DNA of 64,000 nt from an uncultured bacterium. GTDB lineage: Bacteria > Patescibacteriota > Saccharimonadia > UBA4664. The DNA is taken from the NCBI GenBank assembly GCA_963720265.1, contig CAVRET010000002.1:750069-814068 (forward strand). The letters are read 5' to 3'. Numbering within the stretch: the stretch's first letter is position 1; every line of letters starts with the position of its first letter. Of this stretch, positions 57,701-64,000 are shown piece by piece. The notes beneath the pieces are model-generated. The model did not search any database, was not told the DNA's origin, and worked only from the letters and a program-made list of their open reading frames with translations. The position numbers were made by a program, and so were the translations under genes.

Positions 57701-59131
57701 GTCGGTCACGGTGAGGTCATCAATGTACTGCGTGCCGTTGCTAGTACCACCCGTACCACCGATCCTGAATTGGCCTGTGATAGCACCAGCCGGAGCGACT
57801 CCGCTAGCGGTTAGCTGGGTCCAACCGGCAGTCGTTGTTGTAACAACCGGAAACGCTAGAAAGCTCGTATCAAACCCAAGGCCGCCGCCGCCCCAAATCA
57901 GCGCCCCGGTGATCGGCGTACCGGTCGTTGCGGCCTTCACCCACATGCTAATGAAGTAATGATGGCCCGCGGTTACGCTGACGTCATCCGGATTGTTCTG
58001 GAGAATACCCCAGAAGGCATTCCCAGTAACGGCCAAACTACAGTTACCGCTATGCGACACCGTGCAGTCTTGCGCCGTGGTCGAGGGCAGGATCCACGGC
58101 TCAATGCCGTCAATCCCAGTTTCAAAGTCGTTGTCCTGCACCACGGTGCCGCTCACAAATCCAGCTCCGGTATCGACCGTCACATTACCCGCCGCTGTGG
58201 TAGCGGAGGTGCCGCTTTCAAGCGTAATGTTACCGCTGGCCCCGGCCGCCGTTCCGGTGGTAAGGGCAAGCCCGCCGGTTCCGCCCTGCACCGACGTTGC
58301 CGCCGCTCCGTTACCCGAACCCACGGCCACACTCTGCACGCCGTTACCAGTGCCGACGTTCAGGATTGTGCCACCTACGTCAAGGGTTGTGCCGCTCTCG
58401 TTAATAAGCGAATCACTGAGGCTGTCGGCGGTTGCAAAGTAGGCCAAATCACCCGGCGTTCCGGTACCGGCCACGCCGCCGCCACCCCCGTTGGTAACAT
58501 TTGTCACATCTGTCAGATTGGTGACGTTGGTCGTATTGCCGGCTACATTGGTAACGTTGTTCGTTACATTGCCGCCACCCTGCAAGTTCACAAATTGCTT
58601 GCCGTTATAGTAGGACAGCAAGTTACTCGTCGAATCGTAATACAATTCGCCGGCTGTGGCACCTGTAGGCTGGGAACTTGGCACAAGCACCAACGGCCCA
58701 GCAACACTCAGCTGGCCGTTGACCGTGAGCTGCCGCGCGGTCGCTGATTGCGATGCCGACAAACTCTGGCTCAAAGCGGCCAGCGGGATCGATTGCGATG
58801 ATAATTCAGCAAGCGCGGTCGTGGTTGAGGCCACCGGCTTGCCCTGGGCCGAAGCATAAATGAGAGTGCCGATACCAAACGCGGCCACAATCAAAGCAAA
58901 TCCGCTCATGCGCTTAAGCGACATGAACGGCTTGTTACCCCCCGGCCGCTGTGGCGTAGGCGTCTGTTCCGACGCTTCCGGTGCCGCTCCTTCTCCTAGG
59001 CCAACCGGTAACGACTCTGCCTGCGGAATCGACGACAACCCAGCCGGTTCCGCTGCCGGATCCGACTGCGTAATCTCACGGTTACTTAGATCAACCGCGT
59101 GATTCGCACCCTTGGTAACGTCATTGTTCAT
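51749..59131 (-). CDS. giant surface protein (2460 aa), paralog 1
   Basis: Same N-terminal architecture (MNNDVT..., FMSLKRMSGFALIVAAFGIGTLIY), an NVT-repeat stalk, multiple Gly/Thr/Ser-rich beta-rich modules and LamG-like regions. The conserved C-terminal about 110 aa (TVDGHVITGGSTPGIAAG...) ends YEWNYWVAQ. Confidence 0.7.
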   Translation of the reverse strand: MNNDVTKGANHAVDLSNREITQSDPAAEPAGLSSIPQAESLPVGLGEGAAPEASEQTPTPQRPGGNKPFMSLKRMSGFALIVAAFGIGTLIYASAQGKPVASTTTALAELSSQSIPLAALSQSLSASQSATARQLTVNGQLSVAGPLVLVPSSQPTGATAGELYYDSTSNLLSYYNGKQFVNLQGGGNVTNNVTNVAGNTTNVTNLTDVTNVTNGGGGGVAGTGTPGDLAYFATADSLSDSLINESGTTLDVGGTILNVGTGNGVQSVAVGSGNGAAATSVQGGTGGLALTTGTAAGASGNITLESGTSATTAAGNVTVDTGAGFVSGTVVQDNDFETGIDGIEPWILPSTTAQDCTVSHSGNCSLAVTGNAFWGILQNNPDDVSVTAGHHYFISMWVKAATTGTPITGALIWGGGGLGFDTSFLAFPVVTTTTAGWTQLTASGVAPAGAITGQFRIGGTGGTSNGTQYIDDLTVTDLSSGSSSSELDLGANNAQVVSIGNMNEVAPTTIDGGSGINLNAGTANIDVNGGAITVDGSGASSFSTTSGSLTLGAGGGTAGGVIVKPQSDTTTDFQVQSAGGINLLTADSTDREVSLGVGAGGALGSTSEGSNVGSAITPGTLAAFKFTTGVAGTLGSMSVYIGVGQTVSPNNQYQLAIYDDNGGVPGNYVGSTGIGTLTSPSGWNTLSLTSPVNVLANTSYWLVFWANGNDTITYSNGFPSATVDGVANTWQSGPDNGLPATYPSGSVSTGSLYSMYASYTTNGPATIIGPSGTLTQDGAAVFQDPTDTSQAFQVQDASGNSVFTVDTNADQVVLGTPGSLAGQLTLANAGTTQTVALQGLSPSSTGNATIQFPSIPGGTTDTVCLFTLGNCSIGGGGGGVGGSGTADKLAKFTGSGTTVGDSSITDTGSSITVQPTSDSTSAFQVKNASGSNTLLSVDSTNSAVTLGTTNGAATTSIYAGSGGVTIQGGTGGVAINTGSGTGTTAGIGIQTGDSSTGNSGNVTIDNGANTPSGTQISDFTFESSTENFGNYINVSVAQSTAQAHGGTHSLAVTEQGSGLWATTQGGGLGPTVTPGHIYALSAWIRADTVAETISGQVQWWNGQAGTTTWASATDTTTGWTHLFGNVVAPAVNPGHPNEQMDLQFAASNGTNGQIQYIDDATVTDLSTVASPSINIGATNAQAINIGNYQQAGLTSLLGGGAGIDVLADTNANVDIGTANANDVTVGNTGGGLLTFQGSGVTQYLGSVDLVQSTTDSPTAFQIQDSAGNSLLTADTTNNAIVFGQDDTPTDLTVRGGAATGTNASGANITFDASNGTGAGGSGSFIFRTAKPSGSAVTLDNTGNEIGDDGNCGEAKLSFTTGSQSNRVLVVTVISDVNYTSVSYDGFPLTQLAVKDNSVDVEMWYLLNPPSGTHDVLANIPNCTGMLIGASSYYNVDQTTPFGTVATASGTTTGLQSTSLNVVTTSAAQLVVDGIGTDGDDPTVNPGQTQIWNQPPSGGNWPAAGSYAPGTGGTVNMNWSVNNADWADIGVPINPTSNSITDTLSDSLVIGSNGVGVGTSNPTHTLDVGGDANFQDASDSTQAFQIQDAAGNALFTADTANDDINDTGNLIVNNTAGCDYSDYVSAMNGLSPASYWKLEDTGSTAVDSSGNGNDGTLSNVTPDQTPGAFTCAPSHPAMLFSSASNSQITTPNAINSPNVYSEIALFKTNGGSGVLESFSDNVTSWDREMYVGTDGRLYAGIFNNGQGVQVISSAGSVADGNWHMAVVTESSSGLFLYLDGRLVGANPGYNNPADYTNGTWWIGNSFGASWPNMSNTAFDGEISQAAVSLSVVTAPQIQTLATDAGVYNAELASIGVGTTSPQANIDDEGTALFRDPNNTSTAFQVQTAAGVNLISVDGTNQTVTLGAASGNTGVVVQSNNDTTTASQLTVQQAGSGDSSIQLADANTSFYEGVNPNAGDSFNINSAATAQQAVVIGNNLASMTNSCNDSNSNEDQTTQYTAQANGTLTSLNVAFDSGGGDPFSVAIYSDNAGTPGTLLDQHTGTQTITAPSPGSPNWNNITLDTPLNVTVGTNYWLVIGTSSSGDVFYATCDGSGSDFFQGSVTPGTWNASWFGNGTDDGNGNYHLAIYGSYSGTSDIFHGSLFNLTTSGAATLQNSTDSTSAFQVQDATGSDVIDVDTVNGRVGIDTAPTVSALQVSGTTSVGYVNSLGAFGVMDSGGAPEFDVDTVDHDVQLQAPTNATSFVPTANSDGLQLLSNYWNGSATAYDSFTLQNVASTSSPFETLQIENNGGTPVVSIDGNGATTFQNSSDSATAFVVQNTGNTPLLTADTTHMIVTVTALTVSADLTVDGHVITGGSTPGIAAGTAACTSPTVSVAGDDTSGTITITTGSGCSASGKLATITFATAFGAAPHVTLTAGGSNAAALNAYVDDSTVSPTSFDLGTGTTPSNTSTYEWNYWVAQ

Positions 59132-59174
59132 CCGCTTCGGATATCCACCTCAAACGTAACTTTGATACCCCCTA

Positions 59175-59203
59175 ATTATCGCTTATGCTCAAGATAAGCA
59201 CAA
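59175..59203 (-). promoter_or_regulatory. sigma70-like promoter TTGTGC-17-GATAAT upstream of giant genes
   Basis: Minus-strand -35 is plus 59198-59203 and -10 is plus 59175-59180, with a 17-nt spacer. GAGGTGG lies upstream of ATG 59131. Confidence 0.35.
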
Positions 59204-59242
59204 GCGTATTTGAAGGCATTTTTGCGGGGTTTTAATGGATTT

Positions 59243-60094
59243 CTAATTAGTCCAAACCACGGCAACGGCCGCAGCCAAACTCACGAGCAATACGCCGCAA
59301 GCTGCGATCAGCACGTCGATGAGCGCCCGCAGCAGTGTTCTCCTGGCTAGTGGATTGCGCCCCAGCGACACAATTTCACTCCGAATCGAGGTTGTCAGCA
59401 TGACCACGGTAATAATAAAGCCGAGTACGAGCGCCAACGCCGCCAACAAGACCCGCACAGGCGCCACCTGGCGGCCCGCCAAAGAGTTGGCCGCCGACTG
59501 CAATACCGGCGGCACAATGGTCGATAAACTGCCGCTCTGGGCTGCCGGATAGTAAGTAACATTAACTGCCACCGGCACGAGACCGACTTTAATGCTCACC
59601 TGGTGGCCGTCTTTGCCCGACACCGTTCTGGTCGCAGTCGTCACCGAACTCAAGCTGGTCTGGGCCACACCGATTGTGGCGCCCGACTGCGTGGCTTTCA
59701 TGCCAATACCATCGAGTGGCGAGATGGTAATTTTGTCGCCCACGACCACGGGACCATTAATGTCACTCACGAGTGCTAGCGTCGAGCCGCTTACAACCAC
59801 CTGCACGCTATTTTTGCCCGCGTCTGATAACTCCACGAGCGGACTTTGGGCGGCCACACCCACAAGGTTCGTGGCAGTGGTGCCGGCCTGGGCCGGTTCC
59901 ACTGTGCCCGAGCCACTGGACGTTAAACTGAGCAGCGTACCCTGTGCGATATTGCTACTCGCAGCCGTGTAGCTTTGCGAAATTGCCCCAGTGCTAGCCG
60001 CACTCACCGGCATTGCCGGCCAATACAGAGACACAAATGTCACCTGCAGCATTCCCAAAGCCGCCCATTTCCACCACACTTTGACCTTTACCAT
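59243..60094 (-). CDS. exported protein with C-terminal membrane anchors (284 aa)
   Basis: Start ATG 60094 (MVKVKVWWKWAALGMLQVTFVSLYWPAMPVSAAS signal peptide), a beta-rich Ser/Thr/Gly body and two C-terminal TM segments. The ORF-track N-terminal extension is Gly/Val low-complexity. Confidence 0.5.
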   Translation of the reverse strand: MVKVKVWWKWAALGMLQVTFVSLYWPAMPVSAASTGAISQSYTAASSNIAQGTLLSLTSSGSGTVEPAQAGTTATNLVGVAAQSPLVELSDAGKNSVQVVVSGSTLALVSDINGPVVVGDKITISPLDGIGMKATQSGATIGVAQTSLSSVTTATRTVSGKDGHQVSIKVGLVPVAVNVTYYPAAQSGSLSTIVPPVLQSAANSLAGRQVAPVRVLLAALALVLGFIITVVMLTTSIRSEIVSLGRNPLARRTLLRALIDVLIAACGVLLVSLAAAVAVVWTN

Positions 60095-60203
60095 AAGCCC
60101 AAACTCACAATGCTTGTGGTTAACATTGTAGCGGTTATCGGAGAACAGCGAAACAAGTTTGCGTAAATTTGACGACCCCCACAGGTATTTGTAGCATGTC
60201 TGT

Positions 60204-60701
60204 ATGCGTGAGACAGGATTTGCCACCACAGCCGTAATGATAATTGTGGCCATACTACTTCTCGGAGCCATTGCATTTGTGGCCGTCCGCCGGCTGGATG
60301 TGAATCCGCTCGGCAGCCCTACGCCGCTCCCCACCCCCACTCCCACGCCGCAGGTTACGCCCACTCCAAACCAAACGCCGGCTGCCAACTCCTACGACGC
60401 CGGCCAGGCGTTCTCCCAGGTTCAAAGTTTCTATCAGGCCTACCAGCAAAACGCGCAGACACTATCCAAATACGTTTCGCCCCAGCTCGCCAGCCAACTA
60501 GGCGCCGGTGGTAACTCTGCTACCGGAGTATACTGCAGCTTCAACGTGCCCAGCTCCATGAGCTATGGTACGCCCACGTCGTCAGATAATGCCGCCACCA
60601 TCGTGACCGACGAGTCGTTTGTGAACAGCCCCGACGTCGACGTCACCCTGACAGTCAGCCTCTCCACGCTCCAAATTACCAACATTGCCTGCCCGCAATA
60701 A
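60204..60701 (+). CDS. membrane-anchored protein with TP-rich linker
   Basis: N-terminal TM (TTAVMIIVAILLLGAIAFVAV), then a PTPLPTPTPTPQVTPTP linker and a small globular domain. Confidence 0.5.
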   Translation: MRETGFATTAVMIIVAILLLGAIAFVAVRRLDVNPLGSPTPLPTPTPTPQVTPTPNQTPAANSYDAGQAFSQVQSFYQAYQQNAQTLSKYVSPQLASQLGAGGNSATGVYCSFNVPSSMSYGTPTSSDNAATIVTDESFVNSPDVDVTLTVSLSTLQITNIACPQ

Positions 60702-60714
60702 TCCCGCATGACCA

Positions 60715-60747
60715 TAACAAAACCGCTCACATTGTGAGCGGTTTTCG
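60715..60747. terminator. bidirectional intrinsic terminator
   Basis: aacaaaa-ACCGCTCAC-att-GTGAGCGGT-tttc: a 9-bp stem with an A-tract upstream and a T-tract downstream. Confidence 0.6.
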
Positions 60748-61396
60748 GATAATTGCTAGTTGAGGCCGCCGGCCTCCTCTGGGCTTGAACGGAAGCCCGC
60801 AGGGGAGGAGGCCGGCGACCGGCGAGAGGGGAGGTGGTCTGGACCCGGAGGTTAGATCCGGGTCGAGGGCGCAGGCGCCCCCAGGAGGGTCGGGTAGCGG
60901 CCGCGCAGTTCGTCGACCGACACGTTGTCCAGCGGACTCTCGTCCGCGGGCACCTGAACCGCGGGGTCACTCGAAGCGGTTGTGGTCATCATGTCTCCTT
61001 CGTGTTCTGGCCGAGGTTTACTTGATGCCGGGCGAAAGCTGATGCCGCCCTTGGGGCCTTGTCGCCGCCGCTTGATGGCGGAAGAGCGCGATCGTCGTGT
61101 GGATGATGGTGTAGATGATCGCCAGGGCCACTGCGTAAAAGGCAGCGGCGGAAGGCGTCAAACTAACAGCAAACACCACGATGATCACGACCAGGCAAGC
61201 TACAGACACTCGGTTCACCGGACGTCCCGTCCGGAGGTGATTGGCCGCGAACGCGACCACATCACGCTGTGAACCGAATGGAACGGGAGTGGGTGAAAGC
61301 ACGAGCGTGCTCCTTCTCTCGGGTTGTTGGCAAGCCGCCAGATAGGGGCTCGCTGCTCGCAAGCCGACCACTGTGGGCTCACTTACGATGCAAATA

Positions 61397-61425
61397 ATAT
61401 TAGCATAAGTACAATAAAAAGTCAA
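61397..61425 (-). promoter_or_regulatory. sigma70-like promoter TTGACT-17-TAATAT followed by ATTATTT (same family as cassette promoters)
   Basis: Minus-strand -35 is plus 61420-61425 and -10 is plus 61397-61402, with an exact 17-nt spacer. The downstream TAATATTATTTGCATCG resembles TTTAATATTATTCACGCC of the 8.3/9.0/9.7 kb modules. Confidence 0.4.
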
Positions 61426-61438
61426 TAGGTATATGGAG

Positions 61439-61466
61439 ACCGGGAGCCTAGGCGTTGGCTCCCGGT
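61439..61466 (-). terminator. 10-bp perfect hairpin immediately upstream of the -35 box (terminator-like, no clean U-tract)
   Basis: accgggagcc-taggcgtt-ggctcccggt lies downstream of membrane-protein gene 61542..62003. It has the same terminator-abutting-promoter layout as the paralog cassettes. Confidence 0.35.
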
Positions 61467-61541
61467 TGGTCCGAACGAATGCGAGGCGCGATCCGGCGCC
61501 GGATGCAGGTAAGCGCAAGGGCGCCGGGTGAAGTCGTGGTA

Positions 61542-62003
61542 TTACGCGGGAACCGGCTCTCGGAACCAGCCGGCAAGCGTCGCGCGCTTGTTCCAGATAA
61601 CCCAGAACGCCGTGGCCAGTACGATCAGCGCGAGAAGCAGCCACGGAGCCGGCGAAGACGCCGTGATCCAGCCGCCGGCGATGGCGGCGAACGCCACCGG
61701 GGCGCCGATCAGAAACATGATGCCAAGCGCGAGTGCGCCGAGGAGTTTGAGGGTGTCGCGCAGGTTGCGCGCGAGGGCGATGAGCTGGCGCCGGGCAATC
61801 AAAATGCCGGCAACCAACACGGCCAGGATCGGCGGAACCGGAGAATAACCATGCGTCCAGGCGTAGCCGATACCGGCTAGTGATGCTAGGCCAAGCACAG
61901 CGAGCACTGGGCACAGTGCGTCGAACAGCGCGGTGTAAAGCCGGCAGTAGCAGCGCACGTGCGGAACGGCGAAGGTATTGGCAGGTGCGGTCATGGCGGT
62001 CAT
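61542..62003 (-). CDS. hypothetical membrane protein
   Basis: Four to five TM helices. The start is likely MTAMTAPANTF. Confidence 0.4.
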   Translation of the reverse strand: MTAMTAPANTFAVPHVRCYCRLYTALFDALCPVLAVLGLASLAGIGYAWTHGYSPVPPILAVLVAGILIARRQLIALARNLRDTLKLLGALALGIMFLIGAPVAFAAIAGGWITASSPAPWLLLALIVLATAFWVIWNKRATLAGWFREPVPA

Positions 62004-62167
62004 GGCAGCCTCTTTCGCTCGGATGTCAGGCCGGACCACGGACGGGCCCGGGGACGTGCGTGAGTGAGTCTCACTTCTGCATACAATACAATCAAATCAT
62101 ATGTTTAACAATGGTACTAATATAATAACTTGGCCGGTGTGAGGCCCCGGTTGGGGCCTCACACCAT

Positions 62168-62791
62168 TCAGATGATCGAGCTAAGAAACTTGACGATTGG
62201 CTCTAGAACAAGGTCGCAGCGATTTGCGCCCGCCTGCACTATCAGACCAAGCAGCAATGCGACCAGCCCATACAGGCCGTTTAGGACCCATGGTGCACCA
62301 CTTGTCCAGCAGCCGACGAGCATCGCGGTAGCCAGACCGCCGAGAGCCAGCGAAAACCACGCCGCGGCTATGCCCGACACCAGCAGGCCTGCGGCTTCCA
62401 GCCATGATCGTCTCGGCGCTGCCGTGGACTTGTCCAGCTGCTCAGACTGAGTGACAAATTGTGTATGCAGTGCGGTCAGCGGGCCGTGAGCGGCCGTTTC
62501 AGCATCGGCGTCTTGCCCCCATTGCCAAGGTGCGGCCGGAGCATCATCCATCAGCGCTGTCGCTACCATGGTCAGGACGCCGCATACCGGAGGCACACCG
62601 GCCCATACCCACTTATCGGCTGGAAGCCACTGGCCCGTAATCGCTGAGTAGAGGTAGGTACAGGTCCCGATGACTATCAGAACCACACAAGCGGTGCCGG
62701 CGAGAATTGCAACTGCCAGCATTCCGAGGTCTGTAAGAACGTCCTGGTTTCGGCGTATCGGTGCAGGCAGTATACCGGCCATGCTATCCAC
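62168..62791 (-). CDS. hypothetical membrane protein (207 aa)
   Basis: Multiple TM helices. No family recognised. Confidence 0.45.
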   Translation of the reverse strand: MDSMAGILPAPIRRNQDVLTDLGMLAVAILAGTACVVLIVIGTCTYLYSAITGQWLPADKWVWAGVPPVCGVLTMVATALMDDAPAAPWQWGQDADAETAAHGPLTALHTQFVTQSEQLDKSTAAPRRSWLEAAGLLVSGIAAAWFSLALGGLATAMLVGCWTSGAPWVLNGLYGLVALLLGLIVQAGANRCDLVLEPIVKFLSSII

Positions 62792-62908
62792 CTTCTAAGG
62801 CTCGGGCGTTTTTAAGTTTCTGTACCGCAATTTATAGCACATTTCGGGCCTTCCATGTCGGTCCGCAAAATCTCTATCATTTCGTAACCACAACTGTTAT
62901 CATCAGAT

Positions 62909-63889
62909 ATGATGCCAGAGGTGAATGTCAAAATTATTACATTTGGCGCTGCCACTCAGGATGTTTTCCTGACCGGTAAGGCACTGCACGCCAGAAGAGA
63001 TGTGCGCAGCCGCGATTACGTTGAACAATTCCCGCTCGGCGCCAAAGTCGATGTCGAGCACGTCTACTTCGATACCGGCGGGGGCGCCACCAATGCGGCC
63101 GTAACATTTGCAAGGCAAGGGCTCGATGTATCGTACATTGGTAAAATTGGCCACGATCCCGCCGGCGCTGAGGTTATCCGCATCCTGCGCCGCGAGGGTG
63201 TTGACACCGGCCGGGTCGTCTACGATCCCAAACTCGGCACCGGCTATTCCGCCATTATGCTGGCATCCAATGGTGAGCGCACGGTACTGAACTATCGCGG
63301 CGCCAGCCACGAGCTCAAGGCCAAAGATATCCCTATCCGTATGCTCGAGGCCGATTGGTTCTACATTACGTCACTGGCCGGCAATATGGACTTGCTCTCG
63401 AAATTGCTCAAACACGCCAATCAGCGCGGTATCCAGGTCGCACTCGACCCGGGCAACGCTGAGCTAGCCCTCACCAAAAAAATGCGCGGGCTTCTGCCGC
63501 TCCTCACCGTACTCAAGGCCAATGCCGAGGAGCTACGCACACTGTTTGGTGGCGAGGATTTGCGCGACACCGTGCTGCGCGCCGCCGGCACTTGCCCCTA
63601 CGTGGTCGGCACCAATGGCCCGTCCGGCAGTTACGCCGCGGCCAGCGGCCGGCTCTACCAGGCGGGTCAGTATCAAAAAGTTAAGGTGGTAGACCGTCTC
63701 GGCGCCGGCGATGCCTTTGGTTCCGGCTTTGTGGCTGCCCTGGCCAGAGGCTTGTCCGTTGAAGACGCCCTGTCTCTCGGCAGTGCTAACGCTTCCGGCG
63801 TGGTTGCCCAAATCGGCGCCAAAACCGGCATTTTAAAAACCGGCCGCGTCAAACGCATGAAGCTAAAGATAACGGAGCCGCACCAATGA
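62909..63889 (+). CDS. PfkB-family carbohydrate kinase (ribokinase-like)
   Basis: N-terminal GG motif region (FDTGGGATNAAV) and C-terminal DRLGAGDAFGSGFVAAL (DTxGAGD PfkB signature 2). Confidence 0.75.
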   Translation: MMPEVNVKIITFGAATQDVFLTGKALHARRDVRSRDYVEQFPLGAKVDVEHVYFDTGGGATNAAVTFARQGLDVSYIGKIGHDPAGAEVIRILRREGVDTGRVVYDPKLGTGYSAIMLASNGERTVLNYRGASHELKAKDIPIRMLEADWFYITSLAGNMDLLSKLLKHANQRGIQVALDPGNAELALTKKMRGLLPLLTVLKANAEELRTLFGGEDLRDTVLRAAGTCPYVVGTNGPSGSYAAASGRLYQAGQYQKVKVVDRLGAGDAFGSGFVAALARGLSVEDALSLGSANASGVVAQIGAKTGILKTGRVKRMKLKITEPHQ

Positions 63890-64000
63890 CCAATCTCGGC
63901 CGCTTTCTTCAGGCCAAAGAACCGCTTTTTGATCACGCCCTGCACCAACTGGAGCTGGCCTCGCACCAAAAAGGGGTGGATGTGAAGCTGGCTGCGGAAA
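63886..64000 (+). CDS. partial CDS (N-terminus only), unknown function
   Basis: ATG 63886 overlaps the kinase stop by ATGA. It encodes MTNLGRFLQAKEPLFDHALHQLELASHQKGVDVKLAAE... and runs off the window. Confidence 0.35.
   Translation, partial: MTNLGRFLQAKEPLFDHALHQLELASHQKGVDVKLAAE

Noticed and set aside
47542-58859. Numerous 60-260-aa plus-strand ORFs inside the giant minus-strand genes
   Set aside because: They are embedded antisense to long, internally consistent paralogous giant ORFs. They are artefacts of Gly/Thr/Ser-rich repetitive coding sequence.
60563-60970. 135-aa minus-strand ORF overlapping the end of gene 60204..60701
   Set aside because: It is Arg/Pro-rich and overlaps a better-supported gene and a terminator hairpin. 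A different, shorter frame (60852-60992) with a good RBS is the more plausible coding candidate.

Overview
High-GC (about 60%) bacterial chromosomal window. Its sugar-phosphate metabolism set is compact, and many adjacent genes overlap by the 4-nt ATGA junction. I cannot assign the phylum from this window alone.

Core content:
- Oxidative pentose-phosphate operon: pgl-gnd-zwf. Directly upstream are two luciferase-like F420-type oxidoreductases; one aligns convincingly to F420-dependent glucose-6-phosphate dehydrogenase (Fgd).
- Central carbon genes: gap, rpiB-rpe, class II fructose-bisphosphate aldolase, and a transketolase split into N- and C-terminal subunit genes.
- Nucleotide-sugar and housekeeping genes: galU, cardiolipin synthase, ppa, msrA, a glutaredoxin, and four NUDIX hydrolases.
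- One IS982-family insertion sequence with perfect 17-bp terminal inverted repeats.

Most interesting loci:
1. 7.1-10.3 kb: a minus-strand tandem array of five small paralogous genes from two sequence families. The three family-B cassettes each carry their own nearly identical terminator-hairpin plus sigma70-like promoter module. One of the hairpins shows compensatory base changes.
2. 39.9-47.2 kb: a cohesin-dockerin surface-display locus. It holds three cohesin-domain proteins, two of them membrane anchored, and one carries a Pro/Thr-rich linker. A 1037-aa parallel beta-helix protein ending in a tandem type-I dockerin is ATGA-coupled to its putative scaffoldin. A glycolytic gene sits inside the locus.
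3. 47.4-59.1 kb: two giant minus-strand paralogs of 1442 and 2460 aa, with membrane-anchored N-termini and NVT-repeat stalks. They are coupled stop-to-start by ATGA.
4. 26.3-27.6 kb: a lower-GC islet with a wHTH-Nudix fusion (putative regulator) and a NUDIX hydrolase. Each is preceded by a GTGAA-N6-TTCAC palindrome; the one upstream of the regulator gene abuts a TATAAT box.

Also present are two copies of a REP-like palindromic element, a candidate frameshift caused by a 28-bp tandem duplication, a split PEP-utilising enzyme, and several well-formed sigma70-like promoters standing out as AT-rich islets. No rRNA, tRNA or CRISPR array was seen.
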